Shown here in pieces: positions 25,020-39,250 of a stretch of 64,000 nt of DNA (within the stretch, counting starts at the first letter, position 1; each line of letters begins with the position of its first letter). A model generated the notes under the pieces. The model was not told the origin of the DNA. It saw nothing but the letters and a program-made list of their open reading frames with translations, and made no database searches. Source of the DNA: Euprymna scolopes. Lineage: Eukaryota. The stretch lies in assembly GCA_053919585.1 (NCBI GenBank), contig CM132797.1. One strand, written 5' to 3'. A program made the translations under genes and the position numbers.

Positions 25020-25208
25020 TGCCGCCCAAAAGAAAGCCAGCACCTGTTATTTTTCCAAAACCGCGCATTTATGCGAAATTGAATGTAACCGTTTTAACAA
25101 CTTATACCGCATCTGATTCGCCTCTTATTCCTCTATATTGTAACATGTTCGTATTTGACTTTTATTTGAAGTATCCTAGTGTTCACATCAATTTAAAAAT
25201 TAACTTAT

Positions 25209-25246
<38 letters not shown>

Positions 25247-25494
25247 GTATATATATACATATATATATATATGTGTGTGTGTGTTTTTTTTGGAGGGGTA
25301 CAAAATGTACATATGGCTAAATACAAGTAAATCAACATGATAATTAAAAAAATAAAAACTGCAAATAAGGGTTAGCTAACCAGGTTTCGTTCCTCACTCA
25401 ACAGAGATAAATCTAGGAAATACGATTAAAAAATAGTAATGAAAATGGCGATGGAGAATAAAAATAAACGGAAAATAAGCGGGGGCGGAGGGAA

Positions 25495-26960
25495 TTACAT
25501 AGAAACCAAATTAAGTCCCAAAAGATTTTCTTTTTGCTTGCAAAGAGAAGGTCTCAAAGACTTTGTAAAAATAGTTTCTAGAATTTTTAGATGAAAGATC
25601 GTAAACATGCCAGCACTTAAATTCGTGGTACACACATGGTTATTTATGAGATGCTCGCAAATTGAAGAACAATACGTATTACTCAGAACATCCGAAGGTG
25701 AACAATTTGAATACCGAAACTTTGATGGTAGGTGTTGCTTCAAACGAAAATCCAATCTTTGAGATGTTTGCCCAACATAGTGCGCGCTGCAACTACATTT
25801 GAATAAATAGTAGAATTATTATAGTGAGGGCAGAAAAATCTTTGCAAATGGACCACAACATAAATCTGGTTGAAAAAAAAAAACACGCGTAGAGCCGATG
25901 GAAAATAACACCGTTGTACAGACAAAGAAATTAGCTTAGCAAATCGATCTCTGATGTTATCTAGCCAAGGTAGACGAAGGTAAACAGGACATCTATTAGC
26001 TACAATTTCTTTAGATTTGTACAAATTGGAAACTTTCTTATTAATAGTAGTTTCAACAATATCTAAGGGGTAGCCATTGTTACAAAGGGTCTTCGTAATG
26101 AATTTAAGCTCATCATCAAGATTAACTTTAGAACAAATCATCAACGCCCTATATGCTAAAGTTTTAATTAAATTATATTTTCGTTTTATAGGACAAAAAT
26201 AGTCCCAACGCGTATAGAGACCGGTAAATGTTGATTTACGAAAAGCACAAGTAAAAAAAAACATGATGATGTCTTGGACACAAGAACATCTAAAAACGGA
26301 AGAGTAGAATTTGTTTCTTTATCTATCGTAAACTTAAGGGCTGGATGAACGTTATAGAGGGATACTAAAAAAGGCATCCGCTTTCGTCTCATTGTTAAAT
26401 AAACAAAAAGAGTCATCAATGTAACGAAAGTAAATGTTTGGTTTATGCAAACCAGATAATAGACTGTTCATGAAAACCCACAAAGATATTAGCCAACGCT
26501 GGTCCCAATGGGGAATCCATGGCCACACCATCTGTCTGTTTGTACATAATATCACTGAAACTGAATTCAACCGACATAATGGCAAATTTCATCAATTCTA
26601 CTGGAATTGAGGGAGTTGGAAGTTGACTCCGATATAAGGCGTCATCACAAATATTAATAGTCTCTAACAATGGAATGCAAGTAAAAAGACTAGAAATATC
26701 AAAAGAACACATAAATTTGTCACAATGAATAAAGTTTTGCATAACGTTAGCAAGGTAAAAGAGTCTTTAATGCAAAATAAATTATAAAGTTCCAAAACGG
26801 GTTCTAAAATACTTGTCAACCATTTAGCTAACTTATGTTTAGAGGACCCCATCATTGATAATATGGGTCCCCCACTTTTATCGGCCTTAGGCAAACTATA
26901 CAAACGGGGCGAATAGAACCGGTGGGTCGAATTAAATTAGAAATGGAATTTCAGTGACTA
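25495..26960 (-). pseudogene. Penelope-like retroelement (Penelope/Poseidon type): RT and GIY-YIG, frameshifted
   Basis: SFDISSLFT, QTDGVAMDSPLGPALANIF, YFRYIDDSF, LPFLDVLV, FRKSTFTGLY, NNGYP, RLKQH...ICEHL...ILE...PSLCKQ across several ORFs. Confidence 0.92.
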
Positions 26961-26977
26961 ATCGCACTTAATCCGTA

Positions 26978-27352
26978 TCAACTGTGCACCGAACGGTTAT
27001 GATAATACTTAATCCGCTGCAATTTATCACCCACACTTCTGTTGCCACTTTGAAATTGACAACACCATCTCCTAACTGTGCTGAAATAAAATGCATCGGC
27101 TTCGTAAACGTTTAAAAAACGGCGGTTAAAGTTGACTGGTTCGATTTTTTGCGCATGGAGGATTTCAAGGACGCGGTCGATGGCATGGGTTGTTATCTTA
27201 GAGTCGAACACTGTCAATATCTGCAACGGAGGTATGAAAATTCCAGATTATAAATGCATAAGTTCAATTATTATAAAAATGCAACTTGCAATCCTCTTTG
27301 ATCCATTCGGACACAATAAAAATTAGGAGGCATTTTTTGGAACGTCCTTCGT
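26978..27352 (-). mobile_element. 5' fragment of a mariner element
   Basis: HTH-like RRFLNVYEADAFYFSTVRRWCCQFQSG; TIR-like ACGAAGGACGTTCCAAAAAATGCCTCC. Confidence 0.65.
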
Positions 27353-27375
27353 TTTTATGCCTTCCTATATGGATC

Positions 27376-27457
<82 letters not shown>

Positions 27458-27634
27458 TCTAATTAGGCCCCGTTTCTTCGTGGTTTGTCCGAATGAAATG
27501 AAACTTTGGTCATAACTAGTTTATTATATTCAAAACATCACATCAAAACACTAGGGTCTTTGACCTTTTTTCTTCGTTCTGCAGCATATGTTCTAGATGG
27601 CCTTCATTTAACTTTTGTTTTTTTTGTTGGTCAC

Positions 27635-27638
<4 letters not shown>
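27458..27638 (-). mobile_element. MITE copy (family of 22538-22751), truncated by (TA)n
   Basis: Reverse-complement homology. Confidence 0.8.
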
Positions 27639-27699
<61 letters not shown>

Positions 27700-28817
27700 A
27701 CTCTTTTTGTATCGCTATACGTATTTATGTGTATTGAACTCTATTATTATTTCTGTATGTATTAATTTTTGTCTCCAGTTTTCATTTCTCTAAAATTCTG
27801 GTTTGGTTTGTGTCTGTAAAAACTGCCACTTCGTTCCGTTTTTATGACGCGTTATCCGAAAACAAATTATTTCCACAGAGATTCAATTACACATGAACTC
27901 AACGATTTTCATTTGGTGAAAAGTAAGTTTTATTGACCGTTTTATTCGCCGCTTTCGGTAATTCATAGAAATTATGAACTACTTTTTTTTTTCTACAATA
28001 AAATCATATTTTTATTGTCTGCTTCATTCAATAACATATTTTTCTCATTCGTATATATTTTTAAGTTGTTTTTAATGCTTTCGTTTCCGTTGTTTTGAAA
28101 ACTACGATGTCGTTGGCGTTTTCTATGATAATAAACCACTTGTTAAAATTGATATTTATTTAAATAATAATGTTTTGCTTGCATTTTTATTATATTTTAA
28201 TCTCTACTACTATATAAAAGCCACTTTTGTGTGTGAGTTGTTTCCTCATATCTCCCGAAACGGCTGAAGCTATTTTTTGTANNNNNNNNNNNNNNNNNNN
28301 NNNNNNNNNNNNNNNNNNNNNNNNNNNNNNNNNNNNNNNNNNNNNNNNNNNNNNNNNNNNNNNNNNNNNNNNNNNNNNNNNNNNNNNNNNNNNNNNNNNN
28401 NNNNNNNNNTGTAGACAAATTCATCCGATAAGCATCGCAAATCAGACAAATTCAATCCTATAAATAGTCTTTCTTTCTAATAGATAAAAAGAAGTTTTAC
28501 GTTACACCGTCAAGGGAGATAATACAATTACCACAAATAATTTCTTTGTACAGAAGGAAACAAAAATAAACAAAAAAAAAACCCAGAATTATTGACATCT
28601 GAAAATATAACTCATTGGTAGAGCATTCGAGTACAGATCGAATGATTTCATGTTCAACGCTGGTGTATCACACAATTTTATTTTAATCTTTTCTTATTAA
28701 TAATTCAATTTAACACAAAAGAAAAGGTACGATTTAAAATCGCCGCAAACACGAACGAAATTTGATGAACGACATCATCATTATTCGCATTATTTGGATT
28801 CATCTTGAGTATGATTT

Positions 28818-28865
28818 TCACAACGTTTCGGTCGATGTAACCTCCGGCGTTCTTACGGTGTACCT
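28818..28865 (-). repeat. Decayed PLE-type hammerhead-like motif (same family as 22811, 23245, 23660, 33225, 33615)
   Basis: CCGUAAGAACGCCGGAGGUUACAUCGACCGAAACGUUGUG. Confidence 0.55.
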
Positions 28866-29689
28866 CGTTGAACTTGGGAATTTGGACGGAATTTGGACGG
28901 AATTTCGAGCATATATATTTCGAGTATATATATATATACACTAGCAAATATACCCGCCTGAAGTGACTGAAATCCAACGATGAACTTTAAAGCAAATAGA
29001 TTATATAGACGTTGACACTAATATTGTTACACATAAAATTGAAACAATTACAAAGAATCACAGTGGTTAACATTTTTTTTATTCGTTGAGGGAATTGGGG
29101 TGAAGGAGAGTGACCTGATTCAAATTCATGATGGCGGGCTTCAGGATAGTCACGAATCCCAACTTGGTGTGCATCATCCCTAGGTGGGGAAGTTTATGAA
29201 GAGCCGCACTAAATATGACTTAAATATTTGACCTTAACCTTTAAAAATTGTGTGCACCATTCCTAAGTCGGCAAACATCATCCTGCTTAGTTGGGTCATG
29301 ATCGGTTCAGTGATGAGTCCCGTCATAGGCATGGAATGTGTACCTACTTTAGAAATGGCTTTCCGTGTGGAAGAGAATTTCCAGAGAAAATTGAAAATTG
29401 CCGTATATCTGCTTCCAAGTAGCACTTACTCACATAACCGCGTTCATATGTGCCCTCTATGGCACAACCACAGCATATTTACTGTTATTTAGAGTATCCC
29501 TGAGAAAATAGATTACATCCTGCTCATCCCTCGACTAACGTTCACGTCTGTGGATACCAGTGTTCACAATAGTTAATGTTTAATAAACTAATAAGAGATG
29601 AGGTGAGTTATATGATGATTTTTCCATTGCTTATGACCTAACGCAGAATGTTCACGAGTACACCCGTGTGAACAGCAGTGACGGGCAGT

Positions 29690-30630
29690 ATGCGAGTTTT
29701 CCTCACAACTTGCCCATAACGGTGCTCATCCTCCGTTCTGTTTCCACTAAGATCTTTCGATCACTCGGTTGTTTCAGTTAAGATAAAAACAAAACGTAAT
29801 AATCCTTCTACAATTAGAACACCATGGCTACAAAGTTGGTTAATTTTAATGCATTTAAAACCAATCTCTCTTTTCATCATAATCGTTCTGAGACCCATCT
29901 GACCCGAACTGTAAATTAATGGCGTTCGTCTTGGGGAAGTACTATGTTTAGACAAGCTTCTGATCTAAAATTGAATACATTCATAATCCGTTACCAGGAT
30001 TGCAGGAAAAATTATTGGATCATTCCACTATTCCAGTCGATATTTCACTGCCAATACAATCCTCTATCTATATAAGAGCCAAGTAATCCTAGATTGGAGT
30101 ACTGTTGCCACATCTGGGCAGGAGCTGCTCGGAGTATCTTATCTTGGCTCCACAGAGTTTAAAACCGGCTTCGAAACCTAGGAGGTGATGACATTTTCTT
30201 TTCCCGGCAGTCTCTTCCCCTGCGAGCCTGTTTCTGCTCTATCTATCAATGGCAAATACACGGCTGAGCTTCAATCTATTGTCCTCTTGCCAAACCTTTA
30301 CAAATAATACTCGTCTGTCGACAACTACTATCAATAATTTGTCTATGTATATGCCCAAGTCTAAACGCAATACCATGATTTTTATTCACACAGCTGTCCG
30401 TCTACGGAACTCTGTTATGCTGGACTGCTTTCCAACTGACTATAAAATGGTTGTCTTCAGGTTCATTGTACACATTTTCCTGTTGAGCTGTTCTCTTAAA
30501 TAATCAAGTTATATTAAATTTTTACCCCTAACTATTACTACGCTGTGTTCCTTATAACCACCATACACTCATTAATCCTTATCCTCGAGTGGTCTTCGGA
30601 CCTTGATAACTGGTAAATCTCTTGTCAAAT
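29690..30630 (+). pseudogene. CR1/L2-group LINE remnant (family A)
   Basis: LYLYKSQV..RLEYCCHIWAGA motif and family A 3' UTR. Confidence 0.8.
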
Positions 30631-31327
30631 AAAGATGAGCATAGTAGTCTGATAAATCAAAATAATAAAAAATAATGCGTGTTTATCTCAACAATTTGGA
30701 ATCATACGTGCAATTAAGCGAATATAATGAACCTTTATGAATAGTTATCAAAGTTCGGCATTATATAACCTCAACATTGGTTGATATGAAATTAAATTGT
30801 TAAACCAAGCCAAACGCTTTCATTTATCTTTTTTAATCCGTAAATAAAAAACTCATATATAAATCGCATTACAAACTTAACCTTTGTAGATTAAGGTTCA
30901 CAATATCAGAAACTGATTCATAAACCTTTGCTACTTCGAATAAATCAGTGATTTTATCGTAAAATAATCGTATAAAACTGGCATCCCCATTATATATCTA
31001 TGAAAAATATCTCGATTTAGTCGGGAAAAATGATTGCTCTGTGAGCCAGACTCTTTTCTAAAAAGCATCTTATCAGCCGACGTAGAACTATTAAAAATGC
31101 TATTAACCTCTTTTATTAACCTTTGTATAGGTCAGCCAGGCGCGTGTTATCAACAATGCCATCTCATAACGTATTCATAGAAAATCTAACCATTATTCAC
31201 GAATGGGACGCACGTGGCTCTCAGATAGAGTTTTCAAATCTGACGAGACAGAAATTTCGCCAAATGAAACATCCGTATGTGTTTTCTTGTGATAATGTGT
31301 ACCATTGTTTATGCAGTTATATCGAAA

Positions 31328-31384
<57 letters not shown>

Positions 31385-31596
31385 TCACTAGGAGTTCTCA
31401 CACAGTCATCATCAGAGGTGACTCACTGATAATAACCAGTTGTGTTCCCTGTATGTTGGGTGACAATAAATCTTACCACAATTACCGGTACACTCCACCG
31501 ATAACCTTTGCAAATAATTTTACAGCAACAGTCGCTTACAATGTATTTATCTCTAGCCAAGATCATTAGTCATTAGAAAAATTTGTTTGGCAATAA

Positions 31597-31677
<81 letters not shown>

Positions 31678-31834
31678 AGGTAAAGTATTCTTTGCCTTTT
31701 TCTAGTGGAGGTCTGGTTAGTGCTGTCAATTCTTGGGATTCCTATCGTTTTTGATGTCCCACAGCTATTTTTTGTGAAATATTAGACAGATGTGATGCCT
31801 TAGATTTTTGGAGGGGGTACACCTATAATAACCC

Positions 31835-31907
<73 letters not shown>

Positions 31908-32479
31908 CCCTTGAATGCGGAGACTAAAACACAGAGGAGACCAATGGCTGCTGCCAGCGAGAAATAAATGGCAAGCGGCTGTTGTGATTTGCAAATTTTA
32001 CCAAATGAAGTGAAGAGAACTGGAAACCTGGGAAGGCTTGTTCTCACCCAGCTTCCAGGAACCACCACAGGTGATTGTGAAGTAGATATCTCTGATAACC
32101 TGTGTNNNNNNNNNNNNNNNNNNNNNNNNNNNNNNNNNNNNNNNNNNNNNNNNNNNNNNNNNNNNNNNNNNNNNNNNNNNNNNNNNNNNNNNNNNNNNNN
32201 NNNNNNNNNNNNNNNNNNNNNNNNNNNNNNNNNNNNNNNNNNNNNNNNNNNNNNNNNNNNNNNNNNNNNNNNNNNNNNNNNNNNNNNNNNNNNNNNNNNN
32301 NNNNNNNNNNNNNNNNNNNNNNNNNNNNNNNNNNNNNNNNNNNNNNNNNNNNNNNNNNNNNNNNNNNNNNNNNNNNNNNNNNNNNNNNNNNNNNNNNNNN
32401 NNNNNNNNNNNNNNNNNNNNNNNNNNNNNNNNNNNNNNNNNNNNNNNNNNNNNNNNNNNNNNNNNNNNNNNNNNNNNNN

Positions 32480-32640
32480 ATGACCTGAAGCTGTTTGCAA
32501 AAAGCAAACGGGAACTTGTAAAGCTTTTAAACAATACCATAATATATAGGGAAGACACTCGAGTTAAATTTAGATGGAAAAGTATGTACTACTGAAGATG
32601 AAAAGGGGAAATCTAGAGAAATCAGAGGGCAATGAAAGAG
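32480..32640 (+). pseudogene. R4/Dong-type non-LTR RT fragment
   Basis: DLKLFAKSKRELVKLLNNTIIYREDTRVKF..KYVLLKMKRG resembles the YMDDIKLFAK region; long (TAA)n tracts nearby. Confidence 0.6.
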
Positions 32641-32847
32641 AAAACTGGAAAGGAGTACTTGAGAATCCTAGTTTGGAATAGCATGCTAAATAAAGCAAAT
32701 GAATACAAACGTTGTTTATAAGCGATGTGCAGATCATCCTAATGTCAGTAGACAAGCCGATTAAAGGAATATATTGTCAGGTTCTAATAATATGTAATGA
32801 CTATTATCGGGATTCAAATTGTAGAATGATACGAACACAGTCTGGCT

Positions 32848-32885
32848 GCACTGATGAGTCTTCGAATAACGAGACATGTATCTGT
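32848..32885 (+). ncRNA. Decayed minimal hammerhead
   Basis: GCA-CUGAUGA-GUC..AAC-GAGA-CAUGUA-UC/UGU; GAAA mutated. Confidence 0.5.
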
Positions 32886-33184
32886 GAGTATCTATTTCAA
32901 AAATGTTATAATTATAATGTTAATATTTTATATCAACAGACGCGCTTGTTTTGCCCTTTAAAGAATCATCACTTTCGTTATACTCCTGATCTGCCGACTG
33001 CACGGTTCGAATCTCAAACTCCGTTTTGATAAGCCGACATTTATATCAATGCGTTCAACTGATCAGCTACGCGAATCGGAAATGTAAATACTGCATTTGC
33101 CAGGAGTATCTGATTGTTTCGATGATTTAACTAATGATAGGGCACCTTTGCATTATTGTTCCCAGAGTGTCCTCTCGTCTTATT

Positions 33185-33700
33185 TGAATTATTCGGATTA
33201 TTAATCTCCTTTTGCCTGCTATTCGCGTTTCGGTTGATCTAACCTTCGACTTTCTTCAGGTGTATTTTGAACTCGGGATTCTTTACGTCGAACTCAGGAA
33301 TCTTTCTGTCGAACCCTAGAATCTATATGGAATTGTGAACTATATTTAATCCACGATGTTGATAAAGTATTTGGTTACTCAGTTGTCAGTTACACTCTTC
33401 TGGAATTAAAAGTTCAGTCTCTAGCTCGGGCAACACTCCAAAAATACAATTGCAAATTACTTAGGACCTCTATCTAATCTTGGCTGGCGCAACGAAAGCA
33501 TGCTGTCCCGATAAATTAAATGAAGGATTCTGTTCAAAAATCCGTGCAGATTCCCGAGTTGAACAAAACGATTCTCAAATTCGACAAAAAGATTACCATG
33601 TTTGACAAGATGCATTTGATTAAGGCCAGTTTTTACATTGGCCGAAACTTTGTATAAATAATGAGCATAAGGGTCAGAGTAGTCCAAATGATACAAATTA
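33185..33700. repeat. Second old head-to-head pair of PLE-type hammerhead-like units
   Basis: Minus: CCUGAAGAAAGUCGAAGGUUAGAUCAACCGAAACGCG (33224-33260); plus: UUGAUUAAGGCCA...UGGCCGAAAC (33616-33648). Confidence 0.6.
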
Positions 33701-35009
33701 TCAATCCTTATATAAAAAAAAACTCCGAAACAGAGTGCCTTTTAATTTATAACATCGATAATTTTGAATTTTAATTTATAACATTTTATAAGTATTTTCA
33801 TGTTTCGAAAACTCATCAATATGGTGGGATTCATTCTTTGGTCAACAGCTCGTGTTATTTAATATCAGAATAGAATACAATTATCGTTGTGAGGACTCTC
33901 TCATCCACAAGATATGGATTCTTCCGAACTGTATAAATTAACAGAGAGGTACGACTCTCGAAGTGGTCAGTGTACGTCCGTAGTCCGCCATCTTGGCGGT
34001 ACTTACCTTTACGACCATTACTCTTTGTATATGCTGTTTTATGTTTTAATATATTTTACCTTGTGTTTTCATTAATGACCTATCCGGGGTCATAACAATT
34101 ATAAACAATTCCATGTGAATGATTTATTGAAGATGTCATTCTATTTAAATTTGTGCTGAACGAAATATAAAGTTTTAATACCAATTCTTGATCCTACTCT
34201 TTAGTGAATCTTCCAGAGCCAAACATTTTTGCTGTGTGAAAAGCTTGGAAAATATTGTTTAACCCTCGAATGTAATCAATATGTTGATAAAAATGCCCAA
34301 TAAATAACGCTTTCAATTCAAGTAACAATGTGATTTTTCTGGGGTGCGTAAAACTGAAATCAAAATGCATATGCTGTATATTAGGAGCAGGCAACCTTTT
34401 GCGAACTGCGTGCCGAGTTTTTTTTTTTTTTTTAAATTCAGATTGCCAACAACACATATAATCTTATACAGGTAAAGGTGAATATACGTATTTTACAATT
34501 TATAAATGTTTTCTAAACAATTCTACACAATTCCATGTAAATCATTCACTTATCATTCTAATTTACTTTGTGCTGAACGGGGTGTAAGGTTTCAATACCA
34601 ATTCTGGTTTATTAGTTTTTCTCTAATCGATTCAATAGCGTTTGAACTGTGCTCGTACATTGCATAGGTGGCCTCGGAATCAATTGCGTTACTTGCGCCT
34701 CATCTTTTAAATTATAAGAAGTAATTAAAATCGAGAGAAAACACGTGCATACAATCAATAGTTTAGAACTAATTAGTATCCGCATCATAATGAAGATAAA
34801 TTATTCTCTAAAGACGTTTTTGACGGCTTTTTCTTGTGGACGCTTTAAAACAATGGAAACCAGATTAAAAAAAATAATGGATTATCCTTTGTTCTTCGTT
34901 TGGGTCATAAGAAAACAGTGTTTCAGTTCTACAATCGTGAGACAATATAGCACTATAACAGAATATGCTTTGGCATTTAAAAAAATACACTTCCTTTAAT
35001 CGCGAAAGA

Positions 35010-35268
35010 CATTGGATACCCCTATAAGGGGTGGTTGCGCGTGTAATTGGGATTGTATAATCTTCGACCACACCTCTCCTGAATCGGCATTGCTTGAATC
35101 TAGTGGCAAGGAGAAATCCAGGACCACTGGTAACAATGCCGGGATAAGCAGAGAACACATACCACATATAGAATTCCAAATGGTTACCCATTTTAGTACC
35201 GACCAGGATCAACGTTTCTCAACATCGGTGATCTAACGGGAACGGTGTGTCAAAGTGATTATGGCGTA
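35010..35268 (-). mobile_element. 5S rRNA-derived SINE (SINE3-like) or 5S pseudogene with a structured tail
   Basis: 35156-35268 minus: TACGCCATAATCAC...GATCACCGATGTTGAGAAACG...GTACTAAAATGGGTAACCATTTGGAAT aligns by eye with 5S rRNA. Confidence 0.75.
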
Positions 35269-37317
35269 TTTTGAATGTATAAATAAATAGAAAAGAGTCT
35301 GATCAACAAAGCCTGACTGTAGTGTAGTCTGATATAAGAAGGATGGTGTAACAGATGTGTAGATATAGTCGAACGACTAGGTAGAGATATTAAACAATTA
35401 TCTTCTTTCAGATCAGGTAAGATTAAGAACCATTCCCATTTAGAGACCAAGATGGTCTTTTTCGGTCATAAGTTAATTTGAAAACATTAAACTTTCTATT
35501 ATTTAGCAGTGTCATACTGGTTAGTGTTTTTATCTTTAAACTGCCGATTAATTTACGTAAATTTTACTGATCAGTATTATCTTTCATCTCAAGTAAGTAT
35601 TTAAAATTGTTAGTTTTTCTTCCTTTTTTTTTCAGTAGCGATATTTTATGTGGATGTAAGCATGCGGAAACACTCAGCACGTTGTTTAATATTCTGATTA
35701 ACTGAACTTATAATTAACTGAACAAGTTACGATCTCCTCCTTTGTATCTATGTATTTTTTGGCCTATATAATGTACTGACTCGGTCATTCTTTATTATTT
35801 TAGAATCTTAGCATTTAGAAAAGAAGTATGTCAACCTTGTAAGCTAATTTAAATAGTGTGTTCAAAAACACGTCATGTCATAATCACGTGTGCATATCAG
35901 TTCACGGTAGATAACGGAAGTTAAGCATCGTAAAGCCTAGTTGGTACAAACATAGGTGACAGTTTCGGAAATACAAAGTGCCGTATATGGTCTTCCATTT
36001 TATCGGCATTGTTTCTAATCTTCATTACCGTCTTCTTGCCATTCGAATCAAGCACTTCCGACCCAGGAGAGAAATAGTTAGTGATTGCGCAATTCTTGCT
36101 TCTCAATTCAGTGCGATCATTAGATGGTCTTCGTCGTTCCCATGAACAAATGGAGCACGTGTGCGAATCAAACAACAAAATAGAAGTCTTTTTACTTTTA
36201 TATATCCACTAGCAGATAGATCCGACATTGCCGATATTGAATAAGATAAACACATTTTTCGCGCCATACTTTTATTTTTCATCGAAATCTGTGATATTGC
36301 CCATCTTTTCAATCAAACCGATTGATTGTCTAGCTAAGCGATCCACCGAAGTACACCGTGAAGAAGCTTCACATGCCTCCTGGAATTTTAATCCATAATA
36401 CATCGTAGTCTACATTGCACTGTAGAGAATCCACCGTTGATTTTTGTAACATTAATTTAATACTATAGCTTTAATGAAAGTTTAAAATGAAAAAGTCAAG
36501 TATCATTGTTCAATTGTGCCCAAAGCAAAAACATTCATCTTTAACTCGCTTATCCTTTCAAAGTACCTACTATTGGTTTTATAAAAAGATTATTTTATAA
36601 AATGGCTTGAATTAAAGTTCGAAATTCAAAAGTTAGATATCATGGCCCAATTGTGTTCTAAATCGAAGCATTCATTTCGAACGCGCTACTGTCCTAATAA
36701 AAAATAAAAACTAATGTTAATTTTGTATACCGGCTCTTTTTGTTTGTGTGATGATAAAACTGCTCAAATGCACTTGTGGTGTAAGGCGTTATAAGGGTGT
36801 CATCTGTGATAAAAATCGGACTGTTATTTATTTAATTGGATTTGTTGAATTATCAATCTTTGATACTTTTCGAAGGCATTCAAATACAAGCTCTATCTAA
36901 AAACGAAGGAACTTTCTAAGGACCCGATAGTAGAGAGGTGGAATTTTGCTGTTTGTCTTGTTTGTATATTAACAGAGGAATAAGTGCTACGAGTTCATCA
37001 TTCCATTAAAATCAAAATACTTGTAAAACGTGTGCGATCTTGCAACATTGTGGCCATGGGACAGAATTTGGAGCTTGATTGATAGTTCAGTACCCATTAT
37101 CATTTCTGGCCCCATATTCCATCCCGATTTTCTGGTTTATTTTTCAATAACCCCTTTTTTTCTAACATAGAAACTGTTTTCTTTGTTTTTGGTTCTTAAA
37201 ACAATACGCAAAACAGTGAGCAGTACATACGAAGATAAATTGGTATTATTCTACTACCTAGCACACTTAACATTTTATTGTCAGCGATGCTTGTTGTTTT
37301 TCCATACTTTCGTCCGT

Positions 37318-37378
<61 letters not shown>

Positions 37379-37383
<5 letters not shown>

Positions 37384-37590
37384 GATCCCCCCCAAAAAAA
37401 ATAAAAGCTAAATGGAGGCCATCTAGAACATATGCTGTAGAACGGAGAAAAAAGAGCCAAAGACCCTAGTGTTTTGATGTGATGTTTTGAATATAATAAA
37501 CTAGTTATGACCAAAGTTTCATTTCATTCGGACAAAACACTAAGGAACGGGGCCTAATTAGAGATGGGGCCAGTTTTTTTTTTGGGGGGG
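37379..37590 (+). mobile_element. MITE copy (family of 22538-22751)
   Basis: Direct homology. Confidence 0.8.
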
Positions 37591-37592
37591 TA

Positions 37593-37648
<56 letters not shown>

Positions 37649-38588
37649 GTTTGTAAACAAAAAACATCAACTTAATAATTATAATATTATATAGGTTTTA
37701 TTCATAGCGTGAATGTGGTATATTGATGGATGAAACTATTTTTGAGAGCAGATCAAAACTGACCACCCTTAACTATAAATTAAAAAATAAACATACTCAC
37801 CTAAATTTGAACATGTGATGAAACTCATTTACTAAATTTTAAAGATTCATGAAAAAATTTATTGTACTTCTTTAAAGACCAGCACTAATACAAAAATATC
37901 ACGCTCTCAATATATTAGGGAACGAAGACAGCGATTATTCTACCTTTCTATAAGAAATAATGTTCATGGAATGTAAGGTAATAGGAAACAGAGGAAGCGA
38001 GTCATATAGTGCTACATAAAGTACATACGATGTCAACTTTCGGCTCTCCATTGTTTAACGACTTACAGAAATCGACTTTTGAAATGAATTGATGAAGTTA
38101 ATATTATATTAATTTCCTGTAAAAAATATTGTACTATTAGGGTACCCGATGTTAACCTTGGCTAAAAGATAACATTAAAACTATCATATCTTTATCCGTC
38201 TCTCTATCCGTCTCTGTTTCTCCCTACCTCGTTCCGCCACTACTCCCTTCCACTTCTTTCTTTGCCGTCCATTCTCACTCTTTTGGCGCATACAGTCAAC
38301 ACTTTTGTATGGATTTCTTTAGTAGATAAGGTGTCATAAGGGAACCAAATCCTTGATAAAAAAATCAGAGTTATTTTCTCTTAGTTAATACATAAACTAT
38401 CTGAAAAAAACAACAACAAAAAAAGAATATCACCTGATGAAATATGCGCCGGGTTAGAGTGAAATAACAAATATCTTTTGTATAGTTTTGGACAACATCG
38501 ATCAAGAAAATATGAACTTTGTAGGTATTTGTTTTGTCGTTTTATACGCTAACATTCATACACACAAATGTCCTTTCTATAAAATATA

Positions 38589-39250
38589 TCTACTATTATA
38601 TAAAAAGGATTTTGTTTGTGTGTGTGGGGGTCTGTTTATGTGTTCGTTCCCTATAAACTCTAAAACGGCTGGGCCGATTGTTTTGAAATTTTAGACAAAT
38701 ATACTTTACATACTCTGAAGTGTTCGTAAATAGGTTTTGTATCGGAATGTCTTTGATAAATATCGCTAACTTATAATCGAAAGAATTTGATGGAACAAGG
38801 GACAGGCGATTTTGACTAAGGTTAACGCCTTATACAGCCTAACATCACGTATTGTATTTGTGAAGTTTTATTACTCATGCAGAAAGACTCGGCATATAAA
38901 ATGAACAGTACGTTCTCTGCTATGACAATGGCGCGTTCGAAATAAGTTTCTGTTTAGAGCAAAATGGAACAATGCCATGTATATTTCAAACTTTAATTAA
39001 AGCAATTATATATAAAAATAATTTTATAAAATTGACAGTAGGTTCTCTACAGTGCAATGTAAACTACAATGTATTGTGGACTGTCACTTCAGGAAGCTTT
39101 TTCCTGGTGCAACGCGGTGGGTCTCCAATCAATCATTCGATTTGATTTTGAAGTAAACGATTTTACCGATTTCGATAACAATAACATATGGGAGGATGAA
39201 ATATTCGTTGATCCTCTTAAATCCCCGGCAACGTCGGGTCTCCCTGCTAG
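38589..39250 (+). mobile_element. Complete non-autonomous Helitron
   Basis: A|TC 5' end, GT repeat, 3' hairpin CCCGGCAACGTCGGG then CTAG|T. Confidence 0.75.

Noticed and set aside
28608-28672. tRNA gene
   Set aside because: Only degenerate A/B boxes and no full cloverleaf; more likely a SINE head. The same applies to 6268-6326 and 7831-7886
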